A stretch of DNA of 63,838 nucleotides, counting the filler, from Xylographa opegraphella (taxonomy: Eukaryota), in NCBI GenBank assembly GCA_022813865.1. It is 9 parts of 9 records of this genome, joined end to end, with 100 filler letters (N's around TTAATTAATTAA, not from the genome) between each part and the next. Parts side by side here need not be neighbours in the genome. Positions count along the whole stretch, not along the records: positions 22,324 to 29,527 come from JALDZX010000203.1; positions 29,628 to 36,575 come from JALDZX010000205.1; positions 36,676 to 43,604 come from JALDZX010000206.1; 6 more parts are not named here. The stretch is one strand, 5' to 3'. Position numbers and translations under genes: made by a program. The notes under the pieces were generated by a model. It was not told where the DNA came from. It did not search any database and was given only the letters and a program-made list of their open reading frames with translations. Positions 26,332-39,149 of this stretch are shown piece after piece. Every line of letters starts with the position of its first letter. Position 1 is the first letter of the stretch.

Positions 26332-29102
26332 CTACATCTTACCAACGAAATGCTTCACTATCCAACCTGCCCACTTGTTTCGACTCTCCTTTTTGACTTC
26401 TAAGTCGAGTGCGCTGGTCTCTAGGTCCAAAACCTGGCGCTCGAAGTCTCTTACGCTGTCTTCGACATCGTCGATTTTAGATTTCAAGGCACTTAGCTCA
26501 TACTCCAGTTTAGCCCCAAGGACGTCAATACCTTTCAAGGCCTCGGTCAACGACAACCTCTCTTCACTTACCAGATCATCAGTGGCTCCATGAAGGCTGT
26601 CCTGTTCCCCCAGTTTCTGGCGACATAGCATATCGATGTCATTTTTGTCATTACAGGCCGACTGATTGAACTCCTCAATCCTTTGTATGCTTCTCCTAAT
26701 CCACGTAGTATCCTGCTCCTGCAAACGCTCTAGCTGCATGGTCATACGGCGGGTATTTCGAGTCAATAGAACCTCATCCGCCAAGTGAAAACTGACCGAT
26801 ATGTAACCATCTCTTAAACTGGCTCCAAGCGTATCATCAATTGCCTTGCCGAGCACTTCATCCATTATGCTGAAGGAAAGGTGCCTAGGCTTCTGGGCAT
26901 CTGCATTAGGAACAGCAGTAGCCTTTAGTGGCAGCGAAAGACTTTGCGTGCTCTCCATCGTGTGCAGATACTGAGGCACAACATGAGAGATGCTCATATC
27001 GTTTTTGCGAGAGAGTGCTCTTGCGCGATACAAATTTGCTCTTGAAGGGAACAGCAGTTGGTCACTGGGCTTCGTCGCGATGCGGTCTGAGTTGAAGATC
27101 TCATAATTCTCAAACTGTGGTTTGCTACTGAATGCGCCTTTCAGAATCCTAGGTCTTTGCATCTCATCTGTATCAGTAAAAGATACCGATGCAGGGTATG
27201 AAATGAAATGCTTTGGCCTACTCTCGCTTGCTAGTAAAGCTGGTACATACGCTGATTGTTGTGCTCTATCCGCTGTGGATTTCTCCCCAACAGCTAATTC
27301 TGGCTGGACCTCTTTCGGAGAATGAGAAGGTGTATCTGACTCAATGTTCATATGACTATCTGTCTTATTTAGTCGCCTCATTCCTTCACCGCTCGGAGAA
27401 GTCAAGTCATCCTTTGATGATCTGTGGTGATGCCCTCGCAAGCCAGGTATACCTACAGCCTCTTTGAATCTTCCAAGACCCAAACGCGCGTCACTCATTT
27501 TGTCCGTAACGCTTTTCAAGACAATTTTACGGAAAGCCTGGTCTTTTTCGGGCGGGTCAAGACTATGCTGTGAGCCTTGCAGAATGTGTAGTGATGGCTG
27601 AACTAGATTAGTGGTACTAGCAAGCCTTTGATCATTGCCAGAGTCTCGTTTTTTGCTGGCCCACATATATCCACCAGCCTCGTCGGCACTGAAAATCATT
27701 TCATCTTCGGCGGCAGAGCCTCCCAGTAGGTCACCATGATGAGTCTTAGGAGGTTTTCCGTGCCACAGCCATTTACATCGTTCGCCCGAGACCATCGAGA
27801 TGAAGGTACCAATGTCCAAAGTCTCCACATCTGCAATGCCGGCCTTATCTCGTGCTCCAACCATTCCCATGACCATTTCGCCACCCTTGCCACCAAGCTC
27901 TGCGACTGTGGACTTGACCGCCTTGGGAACGGTCCAACCCTCACTGTTAGCTGCCTTGGAAGTGCTTCGGTGAAGGGCCTTCAGTGTTTGGCGATCAAGC
28001 CGGCGGGTCTTTGTCAACCGCTGCGACTTCTGGAATTGAGCTATGCCTCTTTTCGTTGCTTTCAAATCAAAGACGTCTTTAGCTACCGGGGCACCGTAAG
28101 CGTTCAGTCGATTTCTTGCTCCCAGAAACATTCCGAGTAAAGCAGCCACAGTTGTCGGGCCAAGTATTCCGTCACTAGGTTCCACACTGAAATATTCGGG
28201 CCCTATCTCAGTCCACCAATCATTGATTGCTCGCTCTGTCACATCACAAAGGAGACCATCAGCATATTCAGGGGCAAGTCTCGTGAACATGACGAGAGAA
28301 ATTTGGCATAGTTTGACAAGTTCAATTACAGCGCTCGAAGGTGCAACGCGATCGCTTGTCCGATACAATTGGCTGAACTTGGCCTGTGTAGCACCTATAG
28401 GAAACGCAAGATTCATTCCTGCACGACCCGAGCATCCAAGTCGCTTGAGGTCCTCATTGATTATGAAATTTTCCCTGTGTGCCGTCACATCACCTCCCGG
28501 AACTGCTATCACGGTAAGAGCTGATGGAAAGCTACTCAAATTGGTAACCATCAGAATTCCCAAAGGAGTCTCCTTTTTTCGTGCGTGAAACTTAGTGATT
28601 GCTCTGAGATATACTCTCAATCGATCAGACCATTCATGCTCGTTTGCTGGCACGCTGAGAACTCCCACAAGCACAGTATGCTGAGGCAGTCCCGTAAACG
28701 TAGTTATAACAAACGTAGGATCCACTCGTGAGCAGGCCCACTGCTCCACGATGTAAACTTCATATCCGCCAAGCTCACACCGCCGTTCAAGTACCGTGGT
28801 AGAAGGGTCTTCTTCTAAATACCTGTTCGATATCAGTTGCGACTCGGTGAAACCGTGAGATGCAATGGGATCCAGATCGAGACACACCTGAAGGCAACAG
28901 GGTCGGTAAAGATCAGGCGTTGGTGGGCTGGCTGTGTGCTGGATACTTCATCCACTCGACTGCACAACTTTGACTCAGGGATATCATCCACTGCGGCTAC
29001 ATTGTGGACGTTTTCATTGGAAGAAGTATTCTCCAGTGGACATATAGTCATATATTTCTCCGCATTGGTCACATCTAGAAGCTGGTCACTGGAGGAAGGC
29101 AT
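26332..29102 (-). CDS. STB6: Sin3-binding protein Stb2/Stb6 homologue
   Basis: LIFTDPVAFR|YLEEDP..LGGYEVYIVEQWACSR, GILMVTNLSSFPS, DGLLCDVTERAI..WW, EPSDGILGPTTV; C-terminal coiled coil; intron 28823-28887. Confidence 0.85.
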
Positions 29103-29395
29103 TCCAGAAATCGCCGGCTAAAGACTTGTCATTTCGTCTCGGTTATGAATGTATAACATGCCCAGGCTCGATTTCTTGCCATCTTGGCACCATCAAAGGC
29201 TGTGCAGGCACTGAAATATTTAGTCACTTTTTGCCTCAGTACAGGGTGAGGACACAGCGGGTGGTTAGCGCGGTTAGTGGCGAGCTATAATATTATCGAT
29301 TAAACACTTCAAATAGGTTAAAAATCGCGTTGATATAAATATGAATTCTTTGATTAATTAACGAACGTGTTATTGTTTTTTAATATTATATTATA

Positions 29396-29527
29396 TAGAA
29401 GAGTTCCTCGGTCCGTGCACGGCCCCAGTGAATGCACGCGTAGTACTTAAGAACTTGACAGCGGTCAACCTGCTGTAACTCCACCGATATGAGTCCAATT
29501 GAAGAAGCGCTAGAAGAATTGAAGTCG
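29396..29527 (+). mobile_element. 5' end of probable pogo/Fot1-type Tc1-mariner transposon, truncated at contig end
   Basis: Abrupt switch to balanced GC after a TA run; ATG at 29489 gives MSPIEEALEELKS, resembling N-termini of fungal pogo-like transposases. Only 13 codons are visible. Confidence 0.45.
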
Positions 29528-29627
29528 NNNNNNNNNNNNNNNNNNNNNNNNNNNNNNNNNNNNNNNNNNNNTTAATTAATTAANNNNNNNNNNNNNNNNN
29601 NNNNNNNNNNNNNNNNNNNNNNNNNNN

Positions 29628-30035
29628 AACTTAAAAATTAAAACTTAAATCTTAAAACTTAAAAATTAAAACTTAAATCTTAAAACTTAAATATTAAAAC
29701 TTAAAACTTAAAACTTAAAAATTAAAACTTAAAAATTAAAACTTAAAAATTAAAACTTAAAAATTAAAACTTAAANNNNNNNNNNNNNNNNNNNNNNNNN
29801 NNNNNNNNNNNNNNNNNNNNNNNNNNNNNNNNNNNNNNNNNNNNNNNNNNNNNNNNNNNNNNNNNNNNNNNNNNNNNNNNNNNNNNNNNNNNNNNNNNNN
29901 NNNNNNNNNNNNNNNNNNNNNNNNNNNNNNNNNNNNNNNNNNNNNNNNNNNNTTAAAACTTAAAAATTAAAACTTAAAAATTAAAACTTAAAAATTAAAA
30001 CTTAAAAATTAAAACTTAAAAATTAAAAATTAAAA
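29628..30035. repeat. Tandem repeat of TTAAAAC/TTAAAAA heptamers spanning an N gap
   Basis: Read directly. Confidence 0.9.
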
Positions 30036-30099
30036 TATTTATAATAATATTTATACGGCTCGGAGCTATCGCTACGCTGATTATAAAAACAATAAAAAT

Positions 30100-30937
30100 A
30101 TAAAGATTTAATATAATATATAAAAAATCGAATTTTTTTTTAAATTTACGTAAAATTAAAATTATTTTAAACGTTTAAAATTTTTCAACGTATTCTCGAT
30201 AAAATTTCGACGTTTCAAAATATATTAAAATATCGTTTAAATAAATAATATAAAATGTATTTGTATAATCCCCCAAAGCACGATGAATATAAATTTAAAA
30301 TATAATAAATACGTTTGCTAAATTAAAAAATATAAATATATATTTAAAATAATTATAACGAATGCGTAGTATCGTTTTTTACTTATCGTTTTTTAAATCT
30401 TTATTCTATAATAAACTTTTAATAAATTTAATTTAATAAATTTTTTGAATTTATTACATCGATTTAGCGTTCTGTTTATAAAAGTAAATCCGTATTTATT
30501 TTTAATAGTTATTTTATTTAACTCTTTATAATTTACGTATAGTCGAAAACCCTCGTTTTTAAAAAAATGTTTAATCGAACCAATAAAATATTAAATTCAA
30601 CTTTTCGTTAAAGTATTATTAAAATAAATTCTAAATGTTTATAATTTTATAAAATAAAAATTATATAATGATTTATAGAATAAATTTTTATTTTTAAAAT
30701 CGATCGTATAATTATTATTATTCTTATACGATTAAAGTTTTTCCGTATTTTGATCAAAAAATATATTAACGAATTTTTATACTTTTTTAAATTTATAAAC
30801 GTTACGCTCATACCGACGATACGTATATTAATATTACAAATTTTTTTAAAAACGAAAATTTTAAATATGAATAAAACAAAAACGATTAATTTATTCTTTA
30901 ATAATTTTGCGAAAATAATTTTATTATTTAATATTAA
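30100..30937 (-). mobile_element. RIP-degraded gypsy reverse transcriptase; second copy at ~35515-36519
   Basis: Minus strand F*IYIHRALGDYTNTFYIIYLNDILIYFET..YREYVEK (YLDD region); collinear similarity with 35515-36330. Confidence 0.8.
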
Positions 30938-31493
30938 TGTGACGATTATGACATCAGTCACAAGTAATAGGGGTCGGGCTGGATCAGGACTAGCAACATG
31001 AGTATATAGTCTTGCCCATGGAGCAGCCTCATCGTGTTAAGGTTCTCACCTTGACCAGATAAGCTACCACCAGTTGGGACTAGTGGAAACAGGAAGCACG
31101 CTAGTTGGTGCCCCCAGTGACCTCAGTGAGGGCACCGAGGGCAGATGCCCTCAGTGCCCTCTGGGAGGGCATGGAGGGCACTCCAGGAACAGGACTTCTA
31201 TATAGAGTGGAGGATCTCCTATGTTGTAGAAGGCGTGTTCAACTCATGTTATGATCTTAGACTACTAGGCTTCAATACANNNNNNNNNNNNNNNNNNNNN
31301 NNNNNNNNNNNNNNNNNNNNNNNNNNNNNNNNNNNNNACTCATTGACGAATCCAACCCAGATCCCTAATCGAACTATACTAGTGAGAGGCAGGATCGTAA
31401 CACATCGCTTCTCCATCTTAATCTGGGTTGAAATCGTCCACCTAAAGCTTACGTTCTAGGTGTGCTTGTGTGGTGAGTTGATGAGCCGTAACA
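30938..31493 (+). mobile_element. Solo LTR A interrupted by a B-related solo LTR (31035-31402)
   Basis: Inner element TGTTAAGG..GATCGTAACA with perfect TSD CATCG (31030-31034, 31403-31407); outer halves rejoin to a full family-A LTR. Confidence 0.9.
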
Positions 31494-34400
31494 ATTACGT
31501 TATTAAAATTATTGATTACGGGATATGCGTGCGTTAAATCGCGAATAATTTTAAACGAATAAATTTAATAAATAATACGATATAAACCTTTGAATATAAA
31601 AAAAAAAAATTATATTTTGTTCAACATTAAAATATTGATCAATAAGTATTAATATAACTTTGTTATCACATTTCTATTAAAACGTTATTACCCCAGACAT
31701 TTTATATTATGATTATTTAAAGTCAAAAAAGTTAATAATTAAAAACCTCGTTAGCTTAAACGATGACGGCGTTAATTTAATAAAACGTAATTATTTAAAT
31801 ATTATAAATTATAATAACTATAAGCTTTATTATCAACGCGGTTAATTTAAATTTTTTATAAATATTTTTTAATATTTAATAATTTTTAATATTAATTACG
31901 CGTTAAAAGGGCGCGAAATCGAATTTATCAATTTATTCTGTCGATTTTCTTTTAAATCTTTTCATTAATTTTATTTAAAATATATTAAATATTTAGTTAA
32001 AATTTATTTTATCTTTATAAAAATTTTGCGCTCACGCGTTATTAAAGATATAATAAAACCAATAAAACGTGCGAATAAATAAATTATTCGCAATTTTATA
32101 TACGCTGGCTAAATATTAATAATATAAAATATTTACGATATTTATTTCGTAAAGCAATTTTTTAATATAATAAAATGTAAATTAAGTAGAAAAATTTATA
32201 ACAATAAACAATATTGAGCGTATAAACCTTAAAAATTTTTTAAAAAAGTAAAAAAAATATATATAAAAAAGCGAAAGCGTTTTTTCGTTTAAACGCACGT
32301 TGTAAATTGCATAAAAAGTCTGGCGCCATAATAAATATAAACTTTTTTATATCAAATAAGTTTTAAAAAATAAGAGAAGTAACATATAATATTTTAAATA
32401 TTATACGACGAAAAATAATTTTTCTCATTTGAATTTATTTCGATAGAAATATAGGCGAATTTGCGTATAATTATTAAAAATTCGATGAATTCGCGTTTTA
32501 TAAATAATTTCATAAATAGCGTTATTTTTATGGCTTTAAATATATTTTCGAATGGTTTCGAGATAAATAAATAAATATGTCCTTTTTGTTTTTTACTTAT
32601 TATTAATAACTTTTTAAATTTTAATAATTAATATAATAATACAGTGTTGCGTTTTTAACAATTATTTTATTTTATTTTTATTATAATATAAATTTGGTCT
32701 TTGGCTAAATGAAAAACTTTTGCCTTTTAATAATAAAATTGTAAATTTTAATAAATTTTGTAAATTTTGTGGCAAAAATCAGGAAAAAATATTTTAATCC
32801 ATAAAATATAGTTTAAATTTCTCGTTTTTATTAGCCTTTTTGGTTTTATTATCGTATATTAAACGTAAGTTTTACGCGTTATTTATATTTTTAGTAAATT
32901 TTACTTATTATAAGTTTTTAGACAATTTAACTATTTTATTTTATAAAATACGTTATTTTTTATTTTTTTATTGATTATTTCTTTAATTTTATATTATTTA
33001 TTATGATTAATACATTTTAGAGGCGACAATTTTAACATAAAATAATCCCTTTTTCGGCGTTAATACGATTTTAATAAAAAATATATAAAATTTAATAAAT
33101 TTAATAAATCAAAAATAACCATAATTTATAAATTTGTTTTTTTACGATATTTTAAATTCAAAATAATTTAACAAAACGAGATAAAAGCTTTTTGCTTAAT
33201 TATTTTTATTTTTATTTTAAATTTTTAATAAAAAATATTAATAAATTTTTTATTAAAATTACTATAATTTATACTTTTTGTTATACGCACGAGTTTGCGA
33301 ATTGCTTACGCTTCTTTAACGTTATTTTAGCGTCGGTTTTCATATATTATATTCGTTTTTCTTGCTGTTAATATTTTTTTTCGAAGTCGTTTTAAATATT
33401 ATAATCTATAAACGAATTATAATTATAGTAAATATAAAATAAGCTGTAATTTAAAGTAAAAATAAAATAATATTTAATAAATAAGTTTCGTTAAAGGTAG
33501 TAATTTAATTTAATTATTAAATTTTTTATTTCAATAAATTTGCAAATAATGCTCGAAAATTTAATTCAATTTCTTTATTTGGCTATTTATTTGCAGATAA
33601 AAAACGGTATAATAAATATCGAATTAATATACGTTTATAAATATTAAATTTTAATTAAAAATATAGCTTGTAAATATATTAAATTAATAAATAATTTCCT
33701 TAAAGAATAAATTTACTAATTGAATTATAAAATCGTTTTAATTATTAAAAAAATATTTTATTATTTTAATGTATTTGATTATTTCAATATATTTATTTAT
33801 AATTATAAATATCGTATTATAAATGCTGGTTTCGCGTTTATTGAAAAATAATTTTATAATAAAATTTATAATTATTTTTGTTATGACTTTTTTGATTAAA
33901 ATAACGTTTATATTTTATTATATAATCGATAATATTGCGATTTAACCCTTCAATAAATATTAAAAAAATATATATATATTAACATATTTTACTATTTTAC
34001 TATTTTATTTTAATAGTATTTGCGTTTAATTAATTTATAAAAAATTTTAACTTCGAAATAATTCGTGAACACGTTTTTATAATATTTTTTAATAGTTTCG
34101 CTTTAAAAGATTTTTTTGTCGAAATATATAATTTGTTGTTATAGCGTAAAAAAATTTAAAATTAAAATTCCATAAACTCGATCGTTCGACGAAGCGCTTT
34201 CGTCTATTTATATATATTGTTAAATATTTCTCGCTTTTTTTTAATAAAAGCATTCTTTCGTTATAAATTAATAATTAATTTTGAAATAAATTTGCCTTCG
34301 TATTTAAATATCGTTTCGTAAATTATTAAATTATTAATTAATATACGTAAAAAAATCAATATTTTTAGCAGTAAAGTTTAGCGTTACGACTGCGTTATAT

Positions 34401-35319
34401 ATATTTTAAATAAATATTTTATCGTCGTAATTTTCTAAGGAATTATTTTCGAATTAAAAATCTTTAATTTTTTTTAAATGATTATGTATTTTGCTGATTT
34501 CTATTTAAATTACATTATGATTTTAATACAAATTGCTTTGCAATATTTATGTTAATAATAATAATAATAATATTAATTCTATTAAGATATAGATAAAAAA
34601 AATATTGATAATTTTATTTATATCTTAATAGTTTAATCGCCTCGACGGCGTATTCGTAGAGTTTATTGTATTTAATTAATAAATAATAATAAAATTAAAT
34701 AAAATAAGATTTATGGCTTATTTAATTTATCGACTATTTAAAACTCGAATATTTATAAATATTCGAAAATTATTATAATTCGTGAAGACTTTAATAAAAT
34801 ATATTCTTTTTTCGAAATAACATCGTTAGTGTTTAAATATTATAACGATGATTGAAAAATTTTTATTATACGTTTTATGCATTATTCTTTAAGTAATTAT
34901 TTTTTTGATTAAATTACGACGGAGTATTATTTTCCTTATTTAAAAAAATTATATAAAAATATTTATAATAACGTAAGTAAAAACGTCGAATTTTACACTC
35001 GAATTTTTAGTAAAATTGAAATAAACAAAAATAAGCGTTATCGTAAAGGCGGTTTTAAATTATATAAACGTTTTTTTATAAATTCGTTTTATTTTAATAA
35101 TTCGTTTTTTTTCGTTTTTGCTATTTTTTGAAAGGCTCGTTAAAGGCAAAATAATTTTAAAATAGCCCTTTATAAATCGCTTATAAAAATTGGCGAATTC
35201 AAGGAAAATTTATATTTTTTAAAAGATTTTAAAAGTTAATTAGTTTGCGATAATATTTATGCGGCTCGAATTTATCGTTACGTTATTGATAAAAATAATA
35301 AAATTTAGGAATTTAATAC

Positions 35320-35510
35320 TGTTAATTGGTGGAAGCATCACTTGCTGCTAGGCATAAAGGAATACCTGAAGGCTAGTTCTATTTATGTACAGCGTAGTTC
35401 AGTACTAGCGTAGGAGGTATATGTCACGTTCTCGTGGCCTATACCGAACTTCACCGAATATACGATTACTGTTGCCCCCGCCCTGATCCAAATACACGTG
35501 CCTTTTAATA
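35320..35510. mobile_element. Solo LTR family H (191 bp); inverted partial copy 43545-43604
   Basis: TGTTAA..TTAATA (terminal CA mutated to TA); perfect TSD AATAC at 35315-35319 and 35511-35515. Confidence 0.85.
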
Positions 35511-36519
35511 AATACGATATATAAAAAATCGTTTTTTTGAAATTTACGTAAAATTAATTTTTTTAAACGTTTAAAAATCTTTTTAACGTATTCTCAATGA
35601 AACTTCGACGTTTTAAAATATATTAAAACATCGTTTACACAAATGATATAAAACATCGTTTACACAAATGATATAAAATATATTTATATAATTCGTTAAA
35701 GTACGATTAATATAGGCTTGAAATATAATAAATACGTTTATTAAATCAAAAATATAATTATATATTTAAAATAATTATAACGAGTGCGAAATATCGTTTT
35801 TTATTTATCGCTCTTTTTAATTCTTATTCGGTAATAAGTATTTTTAAGGTTTAATTTAGCTAACCTTTTAAATTATTTAAATCGATTTAGCGTTTCGTTA
35901 TAAAAGGGAAATACGTTTTTATTTTTAATAAATTTTTAATTTGACTTTTTATAGTTTACGTAAAGTCGAAAATTTTTATTTTTTTTAAAAATAAAAAAAA
36001 TACTTCGATCGAATTAATAAAATATCGAATTTAATTTTTCGTTTAAATGTCGTTGCAATAATTTCTTAACGTTTATAATTTTATAAAAACAATTATATAA
36101 AGATTTATAAAATAATTTTTTTTAAAATCGATCGTATAATTATTATTTTTGTATGATAAAAGCTTTTCTATATTTTTAATTAAGAATATATTAACGAAAT
36201 TTTGTATTTTTTAAAAATCGCAGGCGCTACGATGGTGCCTGCGATACGTATATTAATATATAAATTTTTTTTAAAAATAAAAACCTTAAATATTAATAAA
36301 ACGAAAACGAAAAATTAATTTTTTAATAATTTTGTAAAAATAATTGGATTTTTTAAAATCAAAAGTGATTTTTTAATATTAAAACGCTAAATTTGCGATA
36401 TAATGTCAATTTATATTAATTCGTTTCGTAATGAAAAAAGGTTTGAAATTAGGGTTAAGCCATTTTTATTTAACACGTAAAAAATATAAATTTTAGTTTT
36501 AATTTTCTTTAATTATTAT

Positions 36520-36575
36520 TGTGACGGCTATGACATCAGTCACAAGTAATAGGGGTCGGGCTGGATCAGGACTAG
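36520..36575 (+). mobile_element. LTR A 5' end at contig end
   Basis: TGTGACGGCTATGACATCAGTCAC.. matches family A. Confidence 0.85.
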
Positions 36576-36675
36576 NNNNNNNNNNNNNNNNNNNNNNNNN
36601 NNNNNNNNNNNNNNNNNNNTTAATTAATTAANNNNNNNNNNNNNNNNNNNNNNNNNNNNNNNNNNNNNNNNNNNN

Positions 36676-36875
36676 AGCACCCATCGCGCTAGGGTTCCTC
36701 CATGCCGAGCTTACCCGGCTCTGGCCTGAACCTTAACAAGGAGGGGGCATAGGGTCGGGCCGTCTCACGACCGGGTGCTAGTCCCCTAGTGATTTAGCCC
36801 CACCCTGTGAAGGGAGAACCTTAACATCCCGTTCCGTCTATCACTTATTAAGGTGCCATGTAACACGCCGTTACA
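36676..36875 (-). mobile_element. Three stacked LTR 5' ends (two with B-type termini, then family C)
   Basis: Termini AACCTTAACA at 36738 and 36826, then family-C end GCCGTTACA at 36875; first segment repeated at 57644-57705. Confidence 0.7.
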
Positions 36876-36879
36876 TTCA

Positions 36880-38190
36880 TAATAAAATACGATACATTTC
36901 GCCTTTTTCCGAGGTAATTACCGTAAGAAATTTAAAATATAATTTAATAAACGTTAACAACGCCTTTATCGATTTTTTTTAAAAAATTTTATATATCGCT
37001 CTCATCGAGGATTAAAGTTAAATTAAAATATTATTTAAAAATACTGCAAAATTTTTACGATTTTAAATAAATAACCCGTGATTAATATAAATACCGTATT
37101 TAAAATCTCGAACGAATCGATTTTAAATAATAGAATATTGATATATATTTATTAATTTATTTTAATAAAGGAATTCAATTACTTTCATATGTAAACGATA
37201 TCGAAATCGCAGTACCTTATTAAGCGAAAATTAACTAATTTAAAATCCAATTCGCAAATTTTTTTAAAGTTTAGAATTTAAGGGACATTAAGAAAATTTT
37301 AAATATTTAAACTACGCGCGATAAAAGAATCGCTTAATTTATTATTTAAAAAAAGTTTTTGTAAAATTATATATAAAGATTAATAAATATAAAGCAATAA
37401 AGATTTTAATGAAGAATTACGATTCGCTTCGATTAGTCGACTTTAAGAGTAAAAAAATCGATCAACGCGAACATTAATACGCAATTAAAAATCTAATATA
37501 CGCGATTATATATATATATTTTCATATTGTTTTTGCTTTAGAAAATTAAATTAATACTTTAATAATTTTATAAAGCATTATTATTACGTATTAAAAATTT
37601 TATTTCGTTACCTTCGATCGATAACAAACTTTAAAATCGTTTACGAAAGCAGTAAAAACCTTAATTTGATCAATTATTTTAATTTTAATTACGCGATAAA
37701 AAAATTAAATCGAAAACTAATTTTTAAATACGTATATATATTTAACGGGAAAATTAATTATTTAAGTAAATTAAAAGCAAAAATCAATATTTACTTTAAT
37801 TATTAAAATTAAATGTATAACCCGGTCGAGCTACGCGAAGGAGAAACTTTGAACTATATAATTATTTAAAAATCTTGGCTACAGTATATATTTAAATATT
37901 AATTTAAATAATATTAATATTATAAAGAATAATTAATATTAAAAAACTTGTTGATATAATTAAAAAAATTAGTTAAATATTATTAACGCTGATTAAAAAC
38001 GCTCGTATTCACCAAAAATCGAAATATATTAATATTAATTATTATTCTATTAAGAATCTTAATTTAAAAAATTCAAATTCAAATAATTTCGTATTGACGC
38101 AAAATATAATCGCCGATGAATTAATTAAGCGACTGCTTAAATTTAATTTTAAAAGGTTTATTATTTAATTAAATTTCAAAAGTGATAAAA
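36880..38190 (+). mobile_element. RIP-degraded Ty1/copia pol (RT-RNase H)
   Basis: Remnants YVNDI (YVDD, ~37188), NLRDIKKILNI*TTRDK (DLG..K.ILG.EI.R), NRKLIFKYVYIFNG (DRKS..GY), RIHQKSKYINI (RSKHID), NIIADELIK (M.ADGLTK). Confidence 0.85.
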
Positions 38191-38435
38191 GCTAGCGGTT
38201 TAGCAGGCATCGAATAAAAATATTAAAAATAACCTTGCCTGGCAAAATGCTTTTTATGTTGCTTAAAAATAATATAAACGTTAATTTACTTTTAAATTAA
38301 CGTAATCGTATATAAAAAAACTTTTTTTCCTAAGAAAAAAGCAATCTTCTTATGCATTTTGACAGGTAATTCAATAAAATACTGATTTTACCATCTAAAT
38401 TCCACCCATTTATTTCAATTTATTAAAATAATATT

Positions 38436-38544
38436 ATTCGTTTAATTCGTTTAATTCGTTTAATTCGTTTAATTCGTTTAATTCGTTTAATTCGTTTAAT
38501 TCGTTTAATTCGTTTAATTCGTTTAATTCGTTTAATTCGTTTAA
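38436..38544. repeat. (TTCGTTTAA)n 9-bp tandem repeat, ~12 copies
   Basis: Read directly. Confidence 0.9.
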
Positions 38545-39076
38545 TCAATTTTTTGACCTCGTAAAAAATAAAACAAAATATTCGTATTTAATTCGCTTTC
38601 CAAATTTGAAAAGTAAATTATAAATTATATTTTAACGTTCGATAAAGTTTAATATTTAATATTTATATAAATTATTTAATTATTTATCATTCGTTTTTTT
38701 TATTAAAATCTCGTTTAAAATATAAATAAAGCAAAAAAACTATCTGATCTTAAATTAAACAGAAATTTTCACGAGTATTTCAAACCTTGACAGCAAGGGG
38801 AAATTTGTAATACTTTTTACAATTTTAAATCGTGATACAAAAATTATATTAATTTGCAATTATTCATAAAATTAATCAAATCAAATTTTCGTTGAAAAAA
38901 TATACGAATCAAGTTAAAAACAATATAATTCAAGTTGAAAAAAATATATAAATCAAATTGAAAAAGAATATTTGTACCACGCTGAAAAAAATATATAAAT
39001 CAAGGGCGACTGTACAAGCTCGTAATATATATTTATTGATTATGATGTGTTCGTCTCATCATCAATTAGTCTTGTC

Positions 39077-39149
39077 GCTTCTATAGCTCAGTTGGTAGAG
39101 CGCGGCACTAGTAATGCCGAGGTCAACGGTTCGACTCCGTTTGGAAGCA
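39077..39149 (+). tRNA. tRNA-Thr(AGT), intronless
   Basis: Acceptor stem GCTTCTA/TGGAAGC, D arm AGCTCAGTTGGTAGAGC, anticodon arm CGGCA-CTAGTAA-TGCCG, T loop GGTTCGACTCC; oligo-T Pol III terminator ~39166. Confidence 0.97.

Noticed and set aside
29628..30035. TTAAAA(C/A) array as RIP-mutated telomere repeat
   Set aside because: The unit is 7 nt rather than 6 and no TTAGGG copy survives.
31494..35319. Assigning this AT-rich block to a specific transposon class
   Set aside because: It looks RIP-degraded, but I could not recover a diagnostic motif by eye.
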